From positions 6,073 to 70,072 of the IMG/VR virus record IMGVR_UViG_3300035682_000012: 64,000 bases of DNA; one strand, written 5' to 3'. This DNA is from a virus. Lineage: Duplodnaviria > Heunggongvirae > Uroviricota > Caudoviricetes. The notes beneath the pieces were generated by a model, which saw only the letters and a program-made list of their open reading frames with translations, ran no database searches and was not told the origin of the DNA. Numbering within the stretch: position 1 is the stretch's first letter; every line of letters starts with the position of its first letter. The translations under genes were made by a program, and so were the position numbers. Below, one piece after another: positions 29,040 through 38,095 of this stretch.

Positions 29040-29250
29040 TTCGTTTTGTTTTATACAAAGATACTAAATGAATTATCAATATTGTACTATTCACCACTAT
29101 AACCGGATTATCATTTCGTATAATTCCGTATGACATCCATAATACGCAACCAATTGAGTTTAATATTCTCAATAGTTTCATATTCTTAGCCATCATTGAT
29201 ATTAATGTAACTATTGTAGCCACATATCCTAGTATTTCTATTGTATTCAT
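29020..29250 (-). CDS. small membrane protein (start at internal MNTIEILGYVATIV)
   Basis: 2-3 hydrophobic helices; ATG at 29250 immediately downstream of the AAAGATACGA motif. Confidence 0.5.
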   Translation of the reverse strand: MNTIEILGYVATIVTLISMMAKNMKLLRILNSIGCVLWMSYGIIRNDNPVIVVNSTILIIHLVSLYKTKRNESMGM

Positions 29251-29284
29251 ATACTTAAAGATACGAAAAATTACCCATTTTACC

Positions 29285-29313
29285 AAAGAAAAAGGGTACT
29301 TTTTATGTACCCC
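29285..29313 (-). terminator. rho-independent terminator
   Basis: Minus-strand GGGUAC-AUAAAAA-GUACCC followed by UUUUUCUUU, just downstream of the stop of 29380..30177. Confidence 0.5.
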
Positions 29314-29379
29314 TTACTGCTATTGACTTGCATGACATGCAACATATTAAATATTTTTGTTATATGAGACTTTTACGGA

Positions 29380-30177
29380 CTATAAAGAATATCCATATAA
29401 TTGTGTTTCTATTTTAATAATAGGTATTTTTCCTATAATTGCACGGAGTTTTGGAGTATCTAATTCAATTCTGCTATTAGTATGATGATGACCTTTGTCT
29501 AAAATTGATTTAATTGCCAAATATAAAAAATTAAAATGTTTTTTTGATTCTATATCCATAGATACAAATTCTGGTATTAAATCTAATATTAGTTTGCATT
29601 CGTAATCCGTTTTAGGTAACGATAAATCTAAAAGATTACCATGCGAATATTGATATGTATTTGTAAAATTTTCTAAAAATGTTGAAATCATTTCCATATT
29701 TAGAAATGTATAATTAGTATTATATCCTTTAAAAAGAGAATCTTTTATTGATTTTGAATCAAAATTAAACTTATTTCGTTCAAACGCTAAAATTTCAAAT
29801 ATTTGTGGTTGATAATGTGTATCATCTATTTCGTACATTATCTTAGTATAGTTATTGATATATGATTCTATATCAGGTATGTTATATTTCTTTTTTAAAT
29901 TTAAAACATTTTCCGGTCCATCAATTGAATTCATAAACCAATTATACGTTGTAATAAATCTATCTATTGGATTTCTTGTAAAAATATAAAATTGCGTTTT
30001 TTCATCAAATGGATTAGGTGAATTATATAATATAGTAGCCTCCTCATATTTTATATTATTGTAATTAAAAAATAACATAAAGGTATTTATCATTTGTAAA
30101 CTACCTGTTTTATTAGTAAATTGTAGTGCAATATTATAATCTGGTAAAAAATATCCTTTCATTATAATATATCCCAA
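29380..30177 (-). CDS. sulfotransferase-like protein (carbohydrate-sulfotransferase-type motifs)
   Basis: 'FTNKTGSLQ' (5'-PSB-like) and 'IFTRNPIDRFITTYNWF' matching the 3'-PB 'RNPxDRxxSxY' signature. Confidence 0.5.
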   Translation of the reverse strand: MGYIIMKGYFLPDYNIALQFTNKTGSLQMINTFMLFFNYNNIKYEEATILYNSPNPFDEKTQFYIFTRNPIDRFITTYNWFMNSIDGPENVLNLKKKYNIPDIESYINNYTKIMYEIDDTHYQPQIFEILAFERNKFNFDSKSIKDSLFKGYNTNYTFLNMEMISTFLENFTNTYQYSHGNLLDLSLPKTDYECKLILDLIPEFVSMDIESKKHFNFLYLAIKSILDKGHHHTNSRIELDTPKLRAIIGKIPIIKIETQLYGYSL

Positions 30178-30989
30178 TTTTCATTTACATATCCATATAA
30201 AAACTCAGCAAACTTTATGTTGCCGAAATAACCAGGATGTAAATCGTTTAATATATCAGCACCTAATTCATCCTTTATAGTATATCCGTTTTTCATTATC
30301 CAATGATGAAAATCAGTATGCCCTTCTATATTTAATTCGTTTGATAATAATGATTTATCCAAAACACCTTTTAGTTTTTGACCACCTTCAAAATATATAA
30401 ATTTAATTTTATGGTATTTTAAAAATGTCAATAACATCTCTGCCTCTCTATTCATTTTAGCAACTTCAATATCATAATCTATAAAGTTATCTAAGTATTT
30501 TTCTAATGCACCATCTTTATTTGTATTTTTAAAATCACCATGGTGCCCATCCATATAATACCCACGTGTTGCGTATATATGGTCTCTTACACCATTCTCA
30601 TTAACTGAATGATTTACTACTACCCAACTATTTAGATTGGTTGAATACATATCTAATCTATGAAAGTATGCGGGTAATTCTAATAACAATAGTAACTTAT
30701 CTTTTTTATCCCAATTTCTTTTTACAAAATCAAATGCCTCTCTAACTGCTCTACCAGTTCCACCACCACTTGCTGCTTTGTTTTCTACCTTACATCCTAG
30801 CATATCTGCTAATCTACTAGCATATGTAACTTCTAATTGATTATCCCACCATACATTGTATTTTTCTTTGTAGATATCACGTACTAATGTTACCTTATCG
30901 TCTGCATACTTAATAGTTTCTAATCCGCCACCTGCACTATGTGAACATCCGGTTGCAAATACGATTTCTATATTATGTTTGTTTGTCAT
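30162..30989 (-). CDS. SGNH/GDSL-like hydrolase, paralog 3
   Basis: 'FATGCSHSAGGGLE' block I; C-terminal 'NDLHPGYFG' (DxxH). Confidence 0.6.
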   Translation of the reverse strand: MTNKHNIEIVFATGCSHSAGGGLETIKYADDKVTLVRDIYKEKYNVWWDNQLEVTYASRLADMLGCKVENKAASGGGTGRAVREAFDFVKRNWDKKDKLLLLLELPAYFHRLDMYSTNLNSWVVVNHSVNENGVRDHIYATRGYYMDGHHGDFKNTNKDGALEKYLDNFIDYDIEVAKMNREAEMLLTFLKYHKIKFIYFEGGQKLKGVLDKSLLSNELNIEGHTDFHHWIMKNGYTIKDELGADILNDLHPGYFGNIKFAEFLYGYVNENWDIL

Positions 30990-31198
30990 ATAAATTTTTT
31001 ACATCTTTCAATTGAATCATTTTCTGCTCTTACTTTTGCACGATACATTATTCTAACAATAGCACCTAATTGTTCATCGGTTAAATCATCATCTAATATT
31101 ATTTCTTTACGAATTAATAATGTTTCTTTAGCTTCCTCTGCCCATGCTATTATTTCTTTTGCGTAATGTTTTTCCATATTAATTAAACCATTTATCAA
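30986..31198 (-). CDS. hypothetical protein (70 aa)
   Basis: Minus-strand ORF with ATGA overlap. Confidence 0.45.
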   Translation of the reverse strand: MINGLINMEKHYAKEIIAWAEEAKETLLIRKEIILDDDLTDEQLGAIVRIMYRAKVRAENDSIERCKKFI

Positions 31199-31439
31199 AT
31201 TCAGTTGGCTCTGGTCTGTCTACTTTCTTTGTTATCTTTCTTGTTTTTACAAAAGGTTCATCACTCTTAACACCATCCATTTGTTTAGGGTTTGATTTCT
31301 TTACCTTTACCTTTTCTGGATTCAATTCTGCTCTTAATTGAATTTTCTCTCGCATAGTTAAATCTGTCATTCTATGGTATTGTTTTAAATCCAATGCCGA
31401 TTCAACTATATAATATCCTTCCTTATCTTGCTTCAACAT
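31179..31439 (-). CDS. hypothetical protein (86 aa)
   Basis: Minus-strand ORF. Confidence 0.45.
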   Translation of the reverse strand: MLKQDKEGYYIVESALDLKQYHRMTDLTMREKIQLRAELNPEKVKVKKSNPKQMDGVKSDEPFVKTRKITKKVDRPEPTEFDKWFN

Positions 31440-31704
31440 TTGTTTCGGTTTTAGTCATTTGTTTATGTATTCTCGCTGCGATTTCATATTGCTCATTCTC
31501 TACACATACCGCTAACATATCAGGTAACATACTTTCATCAAATTCTAATTGGTTTTGTTCATCTGTATTTTGATTATATAATGCAATCAATTCATTCATT
31601 ACTCCTTCCATAAACTCACTATCCTTTAATGTGTTTATAAGTTGCTGCATAAATACTTTTCTTATTTCACCATCCCCTTTGTGTTTGTTACGTCTACTTT
31701 TCAT
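31423..31704 (-). CDS. hypothetical protein (93 aa)
   Basis: Minus-strand ORF. Confidence 0.45.
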   Translation of the reverse strand: MKSRRNKHKGDGEIRKVFMQQLINTLKDSEFMEGVMNELIALYNQNTDEQNQLEFDESMLPDMLAVCVENEQYEIAARIHKQMTKTETNVEAR

Positions 31705-31705
31705 A

Positions 31706-32260
31706 TTAGCTATTGGTTGTATCGGTTAATGGAACTATTGATTGTCTATTGTTATCACCATCGGTTATAACTCTGATTGAATTGATTTCAGCTAAATCGG
31801 TTAAAGTGACCTTTTCTATATTAATACCCCACTCTTTAACTTTAGCACCAATTGTTTTGGTTAATTCAACTTCTATATCAATCAAGTCTTCCCAATTTCG
31901 TTCCTCAATAATTTCTCTAATCATTGCACCCGTTGTGTCTACCAATACATCAGTCGGGTGTGCTAACTTAGTTAAAAACAAATATGCATCTGCAATATCA
32001 TACCTAACAATTGCTCTTACTACTATATTTCTATAATCTAATGATGTGATTGATTGTGGATGCAAATGTATTGATTGTGTTACAATGGTTTGATGCCATA
32101 CTGAATCTACAAATGGTATTTTCCAATGTAAACCCGGATCTTTTATATCATTAAACTTACCGAATCTTAATACCAATGCCTTTTCCCACATATCCACTAC
32201 GAATACGGGCATTATTGAATGTCCAAATTGTTGTATTACTGCTATTAATTTATCAAACAT
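31706..32260 (-). CDS. SPFH/band-7 (stomatin/prohibitin-like) domain protein
   Basis: 'EKALVLRFGKF' near the N-terminus and 'GINIEKVTLTDL' resemble HflK/C-stomatin core motifs; promoter-like motif 20 nt upstream. Confidence 0.6.
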   Translation of the reverse strand: MFDKLIAVIQQFGHSIMPVFVVDMWEKALVLRFGKFNDIKDPGLHWKIPFVDSVWHQTIVTQSIHLHPQSITSLDYRNIVVRAIVRYDIADAYLFLTKLAHPTDVLVDTTGAMIREIIEERNWEDLIDIEVELTKTIGAKVKEWGINIEKVTLTDLAEINSIRVITDGDNNRQSIVPLTDTTNS

Positions 32261-32275
32261 AACCTTTATTTTTAT

Positions 32276-32285
32276 AAAGATACGA
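32276..32285 (-). promoter_or_regulatory. promoter-like motif AAAGATACGA
   Basis: About 18 nt upstream of the ATG at 32260. Confidence 0.5.
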
Positions 32286-32378
32286 TAAATTATTCAAACT
32301 ACCAAATGTTATTGTGATTTTCTATTCTTAGCCTTTACATCTATTGTACCTTTGGTATTAGTTTTACCAACTGAATTG

Positions 32379-32648
32379 TTAGATACTATCTTGTTCTGCT
32401 TCTTCTTGTCGGACTTCATTATGTTCTGCAATAGGATGTCCTTTTGACTCATTGATTTGCTCATATTCTAAATCTTGTATTGTTTCTAAAAATATATAAT
32501 CGTTGGATGTTTTGGGTCTTAATATGTAATCAGCTTCGTAATATTCTTTGGCTAATTCTAAATCATTTATGCGTTCACCATCGATTGTTTTTTTAACGAT
32601 ATATAGTTTATCATTAAACTTCATCAATTGTCTATTTAATTGAAACAT
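32379..32648 (-). CDS. hypothetical protein (89 aa)
   Basis: Minus-strand ORF. Confidence 0.45.
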   Translation of the reverse strand: MFQLNRQLMKFNDKLYIVKKTIDGERINDLELAKEYYEADYILRPKTSNDYIFLETIQDLEYEQINESKGHPIAEHNEVRQEEAEQDSI

Positions 32649-32649
32649 A

Positions 32650-32892
32650 TTATTTAGATTTTGTTTCTTTTGCTTTTTGTTCTGCTAAATAATCACCTAA
32701 TACTTTACTGCCTCTTTTAGTAGTCATTAATTCTTTTTGTGAAACTCTTATACCATTACGATATACTCTTAGTTCTAGCTCCTCGCCATTTTTTAACATA
32801 AAGAAATGATATTCAGGCTTAAAGAATTGCTTTATTTTTCTAAATATATTCATAATGTAAATATACAATAAGTTATCCATTATACCAAACAA
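32650..32892 (-). CDS. hypothetical protein (80 aa)
   Basis: Minus-strand ORF. Confidence 0.45.
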   Translation of the reverse strand: MFGIMDNLLYIYIMNIFRKIKQFFKPEYHFFMLKNGEELELRVYRNGIRVSQKELMTTKRGSKVLGDYLAEQKAKETKSK

Positions 32893-32942
32893 AAATAGGG
32901 GTATTTTTTAATTACCCCTATTGTTAATATAAATATATAATA

Positions 32943-33281
32943 TTATTCAGTTACTTCTTCTACTGGAATTTCTACAACTGGTCCAACACCTGTCTCATGT
33001 ACATCATCTGCATGCACACCATTCACATCTTTATCCCAAACAAAACAATATCCAGGGTTTGCTACTGATGCTGCTGATGCTTTTACTTTATCATTTGGAG
33101 TGATAACTAAGTATCTGTCGGTTTCAAACTCATCCATACTTAACACAGCTGCTGTGAATATAGTTCCATCTTCATTTACTAATGTAACACCAACTTGTCC
33201 AGCTTGATACAATGCTTCATTTGCATCTGATAATTCTCTGAATCCAGCGTATTTAACTTCTCTTGTTATTAATTCTGACAT
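32943..33281 (-). CDS. hypothetical protein (112 aa)
   Basis: Minus-strand ORF; noticeably less AT-rich codon usage than its neighbours. Confidence 0.5.
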   Translation of the reverse strand: MSELITREVKYAGFRELSDANEALYQAGQVGVTLVNEDGTIFTAAVLSMDEFETDRYLVITPNDKVKASAASVANPGYCFVWDKDVNGVHADDVHETGVGPVVEIPVEEVTE

Positions 33282-33284
33282 TTT

Positions 33285-34079
33285 TTAATCTCCTTTTTCT
33301 TTTATATAAGTATTATGATTTATGTAATTAAGTATGTTTTTGGCTATAAATTTATGTCCAGTTTCTCCAAAATGTGAATCTTTTACTATTTTATTAGTTT
33401 CAAATTCAATAATCAAATCAGTATTCCAATCTATATGATTACTACATTCATATGCCGTTTCTACAATTCCTCTGTCACATTCAAATTTAATTAAATTAGG
33501 AAAATTTAATATAGATGTATTTTCTTTTATACACTGCTCTATATTTGGATAACTCCATAAAAATACATTTTTAGTTACATTACTTTTAATGTAATTTAAT
33601 AATGATAATATTATTACAACAGAATTTATCGATATCCAATCTTCAAAATCTAAATGTGCCATATAAAATTGACGATATTTATCATTATCATATTTTAAAC
33701 TACCGCCGGCTTGAAATGCAGTAGTTTCCCACTTTCCTTCATTGTTTTTATACGGAACTTCAAATCTATGATAATGTGTTAATTGAAATAATACAACATC
33801 ATTTTCTTTTATATTTGGTAGGTCTTTTAATAGCTTTTTAAATTGTTGTGAATTACTATCACCACCTTCTGCTCTTAATATCCAATCTAAGTTCAATTCA
33901 TTTGCTATTATTTCAAAAAATGGCATTCCCTTTCTACCTAACCATTTGGTATAGTCAGTTTCCATAAAATTAATATCATTCTTTATTCTAGGTAATCCTG
34001 GATCTTCAAAGTGTGAATATCCTAATAGATTGCCGGCACTATGTGAACATCCATATATGTATAACTTATCCATTTTCAT
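33285..34079 (-). CDS. SGNH/GDSL-like hydrolase, paralog 4
   Basis: 'YIYGCSHSAGN' block I; C-terminal 'DSHFGETGH'. Confidence 0.6.
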   Translation of the reverse strand: MKMDKLYIYGCSHSAGNLLGYSHFEDPGLPRIKNDINFMETDYTKWLGRKGMPFFEIIANELNLDWILRAEGGDSNSQQFKKLLKDLPNIKENDVVLFQLTHYHRFEVPYKNNEGKWETTAFQAGGSLKYDNDKYRQFYMAHLDFEDWISINSVVIILSLLNYIKSNVTKNVFLWSYPNIEQCIKENTSILNFPNLIKFECDRGIVETAYECSNHIDWNTDLIIEFETNKIVKDSHFGETGHKFIAKNILNYINHNTYIKEKGD

Positions 34080-34749
34080 TTATGTATTTGTGTATCATTT
34101 CTGCAACTCGTCTATGTGATTCCGTACTCATATGACCATCTTGCATTTCACCACTTTCCGCCAAAGTTGTTAATTTATAATGCTTAGTGTATCTACCCAA
34201 TGTATTAAATTGTTCATCACCAAATTTTATTGTAACTTTTGAATTTACATCCTCTCTAAAAAAGTATTCGTAATCTTTACACATCCAATCTTCATAGAAA
34301 AACACATAATATTTAAATCCAATCAATTTACTTAATTCTTTTAAGAAAATATGTGTTTGTATTATTGGATGTTGTGATTTTAGGTCTGTAATTTTATACC
34401 AACTTTCATTATTAATATCATTTGGATTTGGATTAATTCCTTTACGTTCTGCCCATGCACCGTTGTATATTTCTTTTTGCTGTGTATCATACCAAACGGA
34501 CCTACTAAAATGTGTAAATTGTACTATTAGTAAATCATCTTTTTTTATGTTATTGATATTTTTAAAGATTTCGGTAACAATACTATCATTACCTTGTCCA
34601 CTCTTATCCGGTTGATTATATTTTAAATCAAACCATTCACTTAAATATTTTCCATATGGTTTTATACCATCGGTTTTTGCTTCATCTTTCCAAATAGTAG
34701 TAGAATGTGAACATCCAAATATCCAAATATTATTTTGTTCCATTTTCAA
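34066..34749 (-). CDS. SGNH/GDSL-like hydrolase, paralog 5
   Basis: 'WIFGCSHSTT' block I; C-terminal 'DGHMSTESH'. Confidence 0.6.
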   Translation of the reverse strand: MKMEQNNIWIFGCSHSTTIWKDEAKTDGIKPYGKYLSEWFDLKYNQPDKSGQGNDSIVTEIFKNINNIKKDDLLIVQFTHFSRSVWYDTQQKEIYNGAWAERKGINPNPNDINNESWYKITDLKSQHPIIQTHIFLKELSKLIGFKYYVFFYEDWMCKDYEYFFREDVNSKVTIKFGDEQFNTLGRYTKHYKLTTLAESGEMQDGHMSTESHRRVAEMIHKYINENG

Positions 34750-35461
34750 AATATTTTATTATAATATCTGCCCAAAGTTTGTGACCGGGTGCACCAAAAT
34801 GTCCATCGGGAACCTCACCATTTGTTTCTTGTGCTAATGCCATTTTATTATCATATACAAATGAACTAAATTTTTTATATTTATCTGGTATTAAAAATAC
34901 GTCGGTATCTACACCATCTAATATATCATTATCATGTGTCCATATACATACATTATCACATATCGAATTTAATAAATATTTTACTGCTTTGATTTGTCGA
35001 ATCAATCTATCTTTAAATACTTTATTATTTCTATTGTTTACAATTTCTAATAATCCTTGTCTACTTAAAGCATTATTTTGAAATACAATATCCGATGTTG
35101 TTGATATACTATTTATGTTAGTTGGTGATAATATATTATTTATGAAAACATCAAATCTTTCAAAATAAGATATTCCAATTATAATATAATCATCTTTCTT
35201 TATATCTTTTATATGTGTAAATACATTATCAAATATCATTTCATTTGATGCACCACCACTAGCTGTATTGATTAATTCTAAATTGAAATGGTTAGACACA
35301 TAATCAGGATAGATTAGAATTTCCTCTCCATCCTGTTTGTTTAAATATTTTCTATACGAAATCGTAGTTGGTGAATATGGGTTTTCTTTAGGTGACCGAA
35401 TACACCCATCACCTGCGGTAAACGAATCACCGAAGCACCATAATTTATTTTGTGTAACCAT
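34730..35461 (-). CDS. SGNH/GDSL-like hydrolase, paralog 6
   Basis: 'WCFGDSFTAGDG' (canonical GDS block); C-terminal 'DGHFGAPGH'. Confidence 0.65.
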   Translation of the reverse strand: MVTQNKLWCFGDSFTAGDGCIRSPKENPYSPTTISYRKYLNKQDGEEILIYPDYVSNHFNLELINTASGGASNEMIFDNVFTHIKDIKKDDYIIIGISYFERFDVFINNILSPTNINSISTTSDIVFQNNALSRQGLLEIVNNRNNKVFKDRLIRQIKAVKYLLNSICDNVCIWTHDNDILDGVDTDVFLIPDKYKKFSSFVYDNKMALAQETNGEVPDGHFGAPGHKLWADIIIKYFENGTK

Positions 35462-35478
35462 TATTTAGTATTAATATA

Positions 35479-35745
35479 CTACCATTCAATCAACTTAGCA
35501 ATAGGCCATGCTGGATTTGAAATACTTACTAAATGTGCTTCTTCTACTAATCTTTCTTTTAATTCATCATCTTCGATGTCTAAAAAATTAACATGTTCGT
35601 ATTTCACTAATTCGTCTTCAGCAATTGTTATTGTTGAAAATGTATTATCTTTATTTAATACAATAAGTCCAAATAATTTTGCTTCTACTAATTCTACATT
35701 TCCAGCGTGCTCTAAAAATGGTCCAAATGCTTCTAAATTTATCAT
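35479..35745 (-). CDS. hypothetical protein (start at internal MINLEAFG)
   Basis: The ORF-table extension overlaps the kinase gene; the internal ATG removes the overlap. Confidence 0.45.
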   Translation of the reverse strand: MINLEAFGPFLEHAGNVELVEAKLFGLIVLNKDNTFSTITIAEDELVKYEHVNFLDIEDDELKERLVEEAHLVSISNPAWPIAKLIEW

Positions 35746-35780
35746 TTTGTTTTGTTTTATATAAATATATGTTTTTATTA

Positions 35781-36512
35781 TTACAATGTAACTACACCAC
35801 GTTTTTGTACAACTTTTGTTGCACAATCATTTGCGTATTCAATACTAACTTCTATACTTTTTGTTTTTAAATAACTAACTACTAATGAAGCCATAAAGGT
35901 ATCACCTGCACCACTCAAATCTCTAACCTCAATATCGTTGTTAACCGGATATGTAATACCATCATACATTGCACCTCGTTCACTCATTGTTATAATTAAT
36001 CTTTCTCGCCACATTTCGTATTCCTGTCCTTTACAATTTTCCCACTCAACTTCATTTATCTTAATGAATGTATAATTACGCATTTCTGCTGATAATGGTT
36101 TCTTTGTATCTATAAAAGTTAATGGATGTGAATCACTAATCAATTTCAAATCTGATAATGATAGAAATCCTTTGTCATAATCACTTACAATAACTGCATC
36201 ATAATCATTGAATGGAACTCTTTTTACATCAAATGAATTACTAACCTTATCATTACTATCAATTCTGATAATCATATGATTTGCTTTTTCCTCTACATAT
36301 CTAGTCTTTGTAATTTGTTCTTTGTTAGTAACCAACTCAACTTTCTCAGCTCCCAACGATTTAAGATTAGCTACTACATTACCACTCATACCCATATTGG
36401 TAATTGTTCTACTCGGTTCAAATATTGGCACAGGTCCTTCGGGACATAATCTTTTACAATAACCATATACAAATACATCAGTACAACTATCACCGATAAC
36501 TAAAACTTTCAT
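35781..36512 (-). CDS. pfkB-family carbohydrate kinase (HldE/RfaE kinase-domain-like)
   Basis: N-terminal 'KVLVIGDSCTDVF ... PEGPVPI' and C-terminal 'DLSGAGDTFMASLV' pfkB signature. Confidence 0.65.
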   Translation of the reverse strand: MKVLVIGDSCTDVFVYGYCKRLCPEGPVPIFEPSRTITNMGMSGNVVANLKSLGAEKVELVTNKEQITKTRYVEEKANHMIIRIDSNDKVSNSFDVKRVPFNDYDAVIVSDYDKGFLSLSDLKLISDSHPLTFIDTKKPLSAEMRNYTFIKINEVEWENCKGQEYEMWRERLIITMSERGAMYDGITYPVNNDIEVRDLSGAGDTFMASLVVSYLKTKSIEVSIEYANDCATKVVQKRGVVTL

Positions 36513-36568
36513 AATAACGATTTCCTATAAGTATTAATATGTTCAAAAAAATGATTAGCCATTCGTTG
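36508..36568. repeat. 61 bp direct repeat (copy 1), spanning the end and junction of SGNH paralogs
   Basis: 'ttcataataacgatttcctataagtattaatatGttcaaaaaaatgattagccattcgttg', identical except for one base to 37271..37331. Confidence 0.7.
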
Positions 36569-37282
36569 GTTAAACTTTTTTAGTATTTCTACTGACATGA
36601 TTTGTTGTCCTTTTACACCAATATGTCCATCTTGCATCTTACCATTACTTTCATCGGAAATAGTTGCTTTGTGTTCTTTGAAACAATCCTCTCCACCTAT
36701 ATATTTGTTCTCAAATTTAAGAAAGTATGGTTTTTTTAGAATTTCAATTTCATGTATATTTGGAGAATCTGGAGATTCTAAACACCAAAATACAACATTT
36801 TTTGTTTTTAGTAAATTTATTAATTTTTCAAATCTATTAAGTTGTCTGTGTTTGTATGCCGGTAATCCTGCAAAATAAACTGCAAAATCTACTAATGTTT
36901 CGTGTTTATGGTCAGTCATATCATCATCACCTATTAAGTTTACGTTAATATGTCTACTATCATCATATCTAACAATTGTATGTAAAAAACTAAATGAGCT
37001 TTTGTGTGGAACATCAAATCTACTATAATATGTAGCTTGGATTACAACATAATCGTTTTCTCCAATCTTATCTGCGTTATTTAAAATGTTGTCCAATATA
37101 TAGTCATTGGATGCACCTACTCTAGCGTGATTATGTAGTTCCAAATTTAATTCATGTGCTACTATTTCACACCAATATCTTTTATCAATATCATCGGATA
37201 AAGTAACTTCATAGAATGGGTCAGAATTATTAAAGCCGTGCCCATGTGAAAAACTATCACCGAAAATCCATAACTTATTCAT
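36509..37282 (-). CDS. SGNH/GDSL-like hydrolase, paralog 7
   Basis: 'WIFGDSFSHGHG' block I; 'DGHIGVKGQ'; C-terminal 'MANHFFEHINTYRKSLL' shared with paralog 8. Confidence 0.65.
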   Translation of the reverse strand: MNKLWIFGDSFSHGHGFNNSDPFYEVTLSDDIDKRYWCEIVAHELNLELHNHARVGASNDYILDNILNNADKIGENDYVVIQATYYSRFDVPHKSSFSFLHTIVRYDDSRHINVNLIGDDDMTDHKHETLVDFAVYFAGLPAYKHRQLNRFEKLINLLKTKNVVFWCLESPDSPNIHEIEILKKPYFLKFENKYIGGEDCFKEHKATISDESNGKMQDGHIGVKGQQIMSVEILKKFNQRMANHFFEHINTYRKSLL

Positions 37283-37331
37283 AATAACGATTTCCTATAA
37301 GTATTAATATATTCAAAAAAATGATTAGCCA
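37271..37331. repeat. 61 bp direct repeat (copy 2)
   Basis: See copy 1; encodes the shared C-terminus '...MANHFFE[HY]INTYRKSLL' plus the gene junction. Confidence 0.7.
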
Positions 37332-37950
37332 TTCGTTGATGTCCTAACTCATTAAAATGTTTATCAATATTACCATTCGGTTCTATAATATGTTGTTCCT
37401 CTAATTGGTCTTGCCACTTTGTATAAAACGAATAGTTTGTAAATTCGTTTGTTGAATTGGGTGCAGGTATAAAAGTAATAATCTCTTTGTATTTTTTAAA
37501 ATCTGAATGAACTTGTCCTTCTGCACTCCAATAGTAAATTGATATTTTTTTTTTAATACACCAATTGTTTACTTGTTTATTAAACCAATTATAATTAACC
37601 TTCCTCATTTCTACTAAATTATCTGCAAATGTTCCACCATTAGAATGTCTACTAAAATAAGCTTCTAAATCTATTAATTGTGCTTTTGTTGGATAAATAT
37701 TATACCTATCAAAGAATGTAAATTCAAATACAACCTTATCGCCTGGCTGAATTTCATCTCTCCTATCTATGAATTGCAATATAGATACCCAATTACATTG
37801 TCCAGGACGTGCACTATTTACTAATTCTAAATCTAATTTATCCGCCAATACATACGGCCAACTAATTCTTAATGTATCTTCATCAGTAGGTTGAATCAAA
37901 TTCATTCCGGTTGAAAACGAACAGCCAAATACCCAAAGTTTATTTTTCAT
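37279..37950 (-). CDS. SGNH/GDSL-like hydrolase, paralog 8
   Basis: 'WVFGCSFSTGMN'; C-terminal 'GHQRMANHFFEYINTYRKSLL'. Confidence 0.6.
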   Translation of the reverse strand: MKNKLWVFGCSFSTGMNLIQPTDEDTLRISWPYVLADKLDLELVNSARPGQCNWVSILQFIDRRDEIQPGDKVVFEFTFFDRYNIYPTKAQLIDLEAYFSRHSNGGTFADNLVEMRKVNYNWFNKQVNNWCIKKKISIYYWSAEGQVHSDFKKYKEIITFIPAPNSTNEFTNYSFYTKWQDQLEEQHIIEPNGNIDKHFNELGHQRMANHFFEYINTYRKSLL

Positions 37951-38092
37951 TATCGTTCCAATTTAAAAAATCTTCACCTTTGTAATCGGGATGATTTTCT
38001 TTCATATAATCAATTCCCCTTACCCAAAAAAATGAAACGATTGCAGCCATTATAAAGCTGCAACCGATTCCTATTACATAACTCATTATCAT
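37948..38092 (-). CDS. small membrane protein (48 aa)
   Basis: Short ORF below cutoff, MIMSYVIGIGCSFIMAAIVSFFWV; its stop overlaps the ATG of the next gene. Confidence 0.3.
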
Positions 38093-38095
38093 ATC

